DNA of 32,000 nt from Thermodesulfobacterium commune DSM 2178 (GTDB taxonomy: Bacteria > Desulfobacterota > Thermodesulfobacteria > Thermodesulfobacteriales > Thermodesulfobacteriaceae). Under the pieces are notes generated by a model. That model was not told the DNA's origin, made no database searches, and was given only the letters and a program-made list of their open reading frames with translations. This document shows positions 28,925 to 32,000 of this stretch, in pieces. A program made the position numbers and the translations under genes. The DNA is taken from contig NZ_CP008796.1 in assembly GCF_000734015.1 (NCBI RefSeq), forward strand, positions 180,001 through 212,000, in the 5' to 3' direction. Numbering within the stretch: position 1 is the stretch's first letter; every line of letters begins with the position of its first letter.

Positions 28925-29719
28925 GTTGGTAGAGGAGATAGGTTGGACTTGGGAGGTTTCTTTAGGTGGTTGGTAATGTATGACTAAGCTTATCCTTCTG
29001 TTTCTTGGGTCAGAGGGATTATCTTTTATTAAAGGGAAGTTGTCTGCATATCCTACTACTTCTTTTATTTTTTCTGGAGGTACTCCGTTTTTTTCTAACT
29101 CTAACATGGCTGAAAGGGCTCTGGCAGTAGAGAGTTCCCAGTTTCCTAATTTTCCTCTTCTTGAAGGGACAGCGTCTGTATGTCCTTCTATGGTTATGGT
29201 TCCAGAAATGTCTTTTAACTCCTGGGCTAAGGTTTGTAAGATAGCCTTAGCAGTAGGAGTTAACTCAGCACTACCGCTCTGGAATAAAGGTTGATTGGTA
29301 AGTTCTACAATTTCTATACGGATGATTTTTTCTTTTTCTGAAATCTCTTGAGTTTCTATTAAGATATGTTCTTTAAGAGACTTTAGTCTTGTTTCTACGA
29401 TTTTTTTTATCTTTTCTTCTTCTTTTTTTAGGTCAAACTTGGCCTCAGGCATAATTCCACTATATTCACTTTTTAATGTGCCTTTTCGGTAATACTCCAT
29501 AAGCATACTTACACCAGCCTTTTCAAAAATGTTAAACTTTCTAAAATAGGCTGCAACCTGAGCCTTCTGTTTTGGTTCCATGATACTTACTAGCCACATC
29601 AAAAGAAAAAAAGTCATCATCCCTGCTAAAAAGTCTGCATAGGCAACCTTCCAGGAACCTCCGTGATGCCCTCCGACTATTTTTTTAACCTTTTTGATGA
29701 TTATAGGAGGAGTGGTCAT
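28913..29719 (-). CDS. motB: Flagellar stator protein MotB (OmpA-like C-terminal peptidoglycan-binding domain)
   Basis: GGSWKVAYADFLAGMMTFFLLMWL contains the conserved plug/TM aspartate region. The C-terminal OmpA-like region has GHTDAVP...NWELSTARA...NRRISL. Confidence 0.9.
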   Translation of the reverse strand: MTTPPIIIKKVKKIVGGHHGGSWKVAYADFLAGMMTFFLLMWLVSIMEPKQKAQVAAYFRKFNIFEKAGVSMLMEYYRKGTLKSEYSGIMPEAKFDLKKEEEKIKKIVETRLKSLKEHILIETQEISEKEKIIRIEIVELTNQPLFQSGSAELTPTAKAILQTLAQELKDISGTITIEGHTDAVPSRRGKLGNWELSTARALSAMLELEKNGVPPEKIKEVVGYADNFPLIKDNPSDPRNRRISLVIHYQPPKETSQVQPISSTNSTP

Positions 29720-29729
29720 GGTTTATTTG

Positions 29730-30587
29730 TTATTTTTTACCTTTCATAAGGTTTTCAAGTTCTTCAAAAGATGGTCTTATATGAGGGGATATGGATCTCC
29801 TGGCAAATTCAACCGCTATTTGAGGGGCTCCACCTCCTATAAAATAAACGATAGCGGTTTTGATGACGTTAAGATATTCTTTTTCTTGATTGCAAAAAAA
29901 CTCCAATTTTTGGACAAGAGGGGTTAAAAATCCATAACAGGTTAAGATACCGATAAACGTACCTGCAAGCGCTATAGAAAGATGATGACCCAAAACTTCA
30001 GGTGGCTCATCAATCTTTCCCATCGTTAAGATTATACCTAAAACTGCAGCCACCAAACCTAAACCTGGCATAGAGTCTGCAAGTTTTTCAAGACGGTGTA
30101 CCGGTTCTAAATTCTCATGGTGGATGATTTCTATCTCATTTTCTAAAAGGGCTTCTAACTCAAAATGTGTGATGTTGGTGGTTAAAATAGAACGAAAAGT
30201 GTTTCTAATAAAGTCTAAGGCGTGATGATTAGCAAGAACCTTAGGATAGCTTGAAAAGATTTTACTTGCCTCTGGGTTTTCAATGTCCTGCTCGATCGAG
30301 ATTAAACCTTCTTTTTTTATCTTTCTAAAAATATCGTTTAAAAGAAGTAGTAGGTCTATAAAATCTTGTTTTCCATAAATTTGGGGTTTAGTAAGCGCTT
30401 TGATAGAATATTGGATAGCCCCTTTTAAAGCAGGTTGGGTTGAAGCTGCTAATAAGGCTCCTCCTGCTGCCCCAAAGATGATTAACCATTCGACCGGTTG
30501 TATAAGAACTGAAAAGTTACCATGTTCTAAGGCATAACCACCAAATACACATATTATAACTACAATAAAACCTACTATAGAAGGCAT
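29730..30587 (-). CDS. motA: Flagellar stator protein MotA
   Basis: The N-terminus GFIVVIICVFGGYALEHGNFSVLIQPVEWLIIFGAAGGALL parallels E. coli MotA. The C-terminal TM3/4 region contains PGLGLVAAVLGIILTMG. It lies directly upstream of motB. Confidence 0.9.
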   Translation of the reverse strand: MPSIVGFIVVIICVFGGYALEHGNFSVLIQPVEWLIIFGAAGGALLAASTQPALKGAIQYSIKALTKPQIYGKQDFIDLLLLLNDIFRKIKKEGLISIEQDIENPEASKIFSSYPKVLANHHALDFIRNTFRSILTTNITHFELEALLENEIEIIHHENLEPVHRLEKLADSMPGLGLVAAVLGIILTMGKIDEPPEVLGHHLSIALAGTFIGILTCYGFLTPLVQKLEFFCNQEKEYLNVIKTAIVYFIGGGAPQIAVEFARRSISPHIRPSFEELENLMKGKK

Positions 30588-31100
30588 TTAGATTTCCCTC
30601 ATCTCTCTGATGATTTCTCTTTCCTTTTGTAGAATAAAAAAACCTATCTTTTCTCTGATGTCTTTGGTTAGGTTGACAAACTCCACAGCGACTTCAAACT
30701 TACCCTCTACAGGTTTACATCTGACTACCTTGCCATAAAGATAAAAACCTACAGGCTGATAAAGGTCTAATACTGTTTTTATTTCTACAAAATCGTTTAT
30801 CTCAAAAGGTTCTTGGCTAATAAATCTTAGACCTTTTTCACTTAAGTTTACTTTTTTATAAGGGAGTTTGTTAAATCCTTCTTTTTCTCGAGACATAAGG
30901 TTGATTAAATAATCAAGCTTTGCATTAATTAACTTTAACCAAGAATTTAACGCTTCATCTATGGTATCTTTAACAGGAATGTAGGAAAAAACAGAAGTAT
31001 CTCCTACCACATGAGCTATTCTGTTTTCTATCTCAGAGGGGTCTAACTTTGTCACTTCTAATGGAATTACTACATCTATTCTTACGGCTTCTCTGCCCAT
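30588..31100 (-). CDS. PilZ-domain protein (putative c-di-GMP receptor), first gene of the pilZ-motA-motB operon
   Basis: RxxxR is at res 3-7 (REAVR) and (D/N)xSxxG at res 85-90 (NLSEKG), followed by a beta-barrel-like region. Its stop TAA is immediately followed by the motA ATG (TAAATG). Confidence 0.7.
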   Translation of the reverse strand: MGREAVRIDVVIPLEVTKLDPSEIENRIAHVVGDTSVFSYIPVKDTIDEALNSWLKLINAKLDYLINLMSREKEGFNKLPYKKVNLSEKGLRFISQEPFEINDFVEIKTVLDLYQPVGFYLYGKVVRCKPVEGKFEVAVEFVNLTKDIREKIGFFILQKEREIIREMREI

Positions 31101-31127
31101 AAATCCTCTGAAAAGATTTTATAAAAT

Positions 31128-31154
31128 AAATCGGAAAGATTTCAAAAAACTTTA
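31128..31154 (-). promoter_or_regulatory. Sigma-28 (FliA)-type promoter for pilZ-motA-motB
   Basis: The - strand reads TAAAGTTT (31154-31147), then N11, then TCCGATTT (31135-31128). The E. coli FliA consensus is TAAAGTTT-N11-GCCGATAA. The -35 matches 8/8, the CCGAT core is intact, and the spacing is exact. The -10 ends 27 nt upstream of the ATG at 31100. Confidence 0.6.
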
Positions 31155-31194
31155 AAAATCCCCCTTTTGGGGACCAAATTTTTTTAATTTTGAA

Positions 31195-31223
31195 ATTATA
31201 TAGTTAATTTTTAGGGTTGACAA
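31195..31223 (-). promoter_or_regulatory. Distal sigma-70-like promoter facing pilZ
   Basis: The - strand has TTGTCA (31223-31218), a 17-nt spacer, then TATAAT (31200-31195). It may be fortuitous in AT-rich DNA. Confidence 0.35.
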
Positions 31224-31243
31224 GACGGAAAAATTAGTATAAT
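31217..31243 (+). promoter_or_regulatory. Sigma-70-like promoter for ppaC
   Basis: TTGACA (31217-31222) and TATAAT (31238-31243) are separated by a 15-nt spacer. An AGGAGG SD at 31274-31279 precedes the ATG at 31287. Confidence 0.5.
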
Positions 31244-31286
31244 AGTTTATTTAAAAATCAAAAATAAAATTTTAGGAGGTGACCTT

Positions 31287-32000
31287 ATGCATCATCAAAT
31301 TTATGTGGTAGGGCACAAAAAACCTGATACTGATTCTGTGGCTTCTGCTATAGTGTTTGCTTATCTTTTAAACGCTTGGAAAAAAGCAGGCTGTAAAATC
31401 ATGAAGGTAGAAAAGGAAGCCGTGCCTGTCATTCAGGGAGAACCTAATGCAGAAACAAAGTTTGTCTTAGAAAAATTTGGGATAGCAGTGCCTGAGATTA
31501 TGACGGATGGAGAAGGCAAGACTATTGCTCTAATAGATCACTCTGATAAGGTTCAAAGTGTTGATAACATAGACAAGGCAGAAATAGTAGCCGTGGTTGA
31601 TCATCACAAAATAGGAGATGTAACCACCCCTAATCCAATATTTTTTGTTAACTTCCCGGTAGGTTGTACTGCTACTGTTTTGAAATTTCTTTTTGATAAA
31701 ACCGGTGTTGAAATTCCTAAAGAAATGGCTGGTCTTATGCTTGCAGCCATTTTAAGTGATACTGTTGTTTTTAAGTCTGCTACCACCACCGAGGCTGACA
31801 AAGAAGCAGCTGAAGCTTTAGCCAAGATCGCTGGGATAGAAGATATCGTAAGCTTCGGTGTAGAAGTAAAGTCCAAACTTTCTGATGTCTCTGGAATGTC
31901 TGCCAAAGACATCATCATGAGAGACTTCAAAGACTACAACATGAGTGGTAAAAAAGTGGGAGTAGGACAGATCGAGTTGATTGATTTAAAGACTATAGAA
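31287..32000 (+). CDS. ppaC: Family II (Mn-dependent, DHH-type) inorganic pyrophosphatase, 3'-truncated by the window edge
   Basis: My own translation from the ATG at 31287 stays open to nt 32000 (238 codons): MHHQIYVVGHKKPDTDSVASAIVFAYLL...IDHSD...VVDHHKIGD...AAILSDTVVFKSATTT. It carries the DHH-family motifs DxD, DHS and DHH. It is missing from the ORF track because no stop lies within the window. Confidence 0.9.
   Translation, partial: MHHQIYVVGHKKPDTDSVASAIVFAYLLNAWKKAGCKIMKVEKEAVPVIQGEPNAETKFVLEKFGIAVPEIMTDGEGKTIALIDHSDKVQSVDNIDKAEIVAVVDHHKIGDVTTPNPIFFVNFPVGCTATVLKFLFDKTGVEIPKEMAGLMLAAILSDTVVFKSATTTEADKEAAEALAKIAGIEDIVSFGVEVKSKLSDVSGMSAKDIIMRDFKDYNMSGKKVGVGQIELIDLKTIE

Noticed and set aside
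31159-31173. Short hairpin TCCCC-CTTTT-GGGGA followed by a T/A-rich tract between pilZ and ppaC, considered as a terminator
   Set aside because: There are only 5 Watson-Crick bp, or 7 with G-U pairs on the - strand RNA, which is weak for a presumed thermophile. No upstream gene needs terminating on either strand. It is kept only as a possible attenuator in the promoter finding.
31604-31930. 108-aa - strand ORF
   Set aside because: It is antisense to the clearly coding ppaC frame, which carries the DHH motifs. It is a shadow ORF.

Overview
This is a compact, AT-rich, almost gap-free bacterial chromosome segment. GC is roughly one third by eye and was not computed. The K/E/I/L-rich proteins suggest a thermophile, possibly Thermodesulfobacteria- or Aquificae-like, but that is inference only. 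I support about 31 CDS. On the + strand these are flgK (5' partial) and flgL, followed by an 11-gene gap-free run, a complete F1 ATP synthase block with only the b'/b subunits of Fo, and then 5-formyl-THF cyclo-ligase, yggS, comEC, archease and der. The 11-gene run is aminotransferase, selA, a TPR protein, an MBL hydrolase, a DUF2703-like protein, a 72-aa ORF, thrC, mreC, mreD, mrdA and rodA. The ATP synthase block (atpF', atpF, atpH, atpA, atpG, atpD, atpC) ends in a clear intrinsic terminator. A family II pyrophosphatase (ppaC) starts at 31287 and runs off the window, so it is absent from the ORF track. On the - strand are a DRE-TIM (Re-citrate/homocitrate/isopropylmalate synthase family) enzyme with a C-terminal Cache/PAS-like domain, overlapping an orphan tolB-like gene, and a pilZ-motA-motB operon. 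I saw no rRNA, tRNA, CRISPR array, transposase or integrase. Most of the window is housekeeping. Four things are most worth a second look. (1) A perfect 13-bp tandem duplication at 11366-11391 lies exactly on an ORF boundary and creates a stop, an SD and a start; removing one copy fuses the two ORFs in frame. It lies inside a translationally coupled four-gene module of unknown function between selA and thrC. (2) The 5' leader of the synthase-Cache gene (5897-5995) is GC-rich and pseudoknot-capable. (3) A PilZ gene with atypical motif spacing abuts motA (TAAATG) behind a near-consensus sigma-28 promoter. (4) The enzyme-sensor fusion itself. None of these is demonstrated to be a new system; all functional readings are hypotheses.
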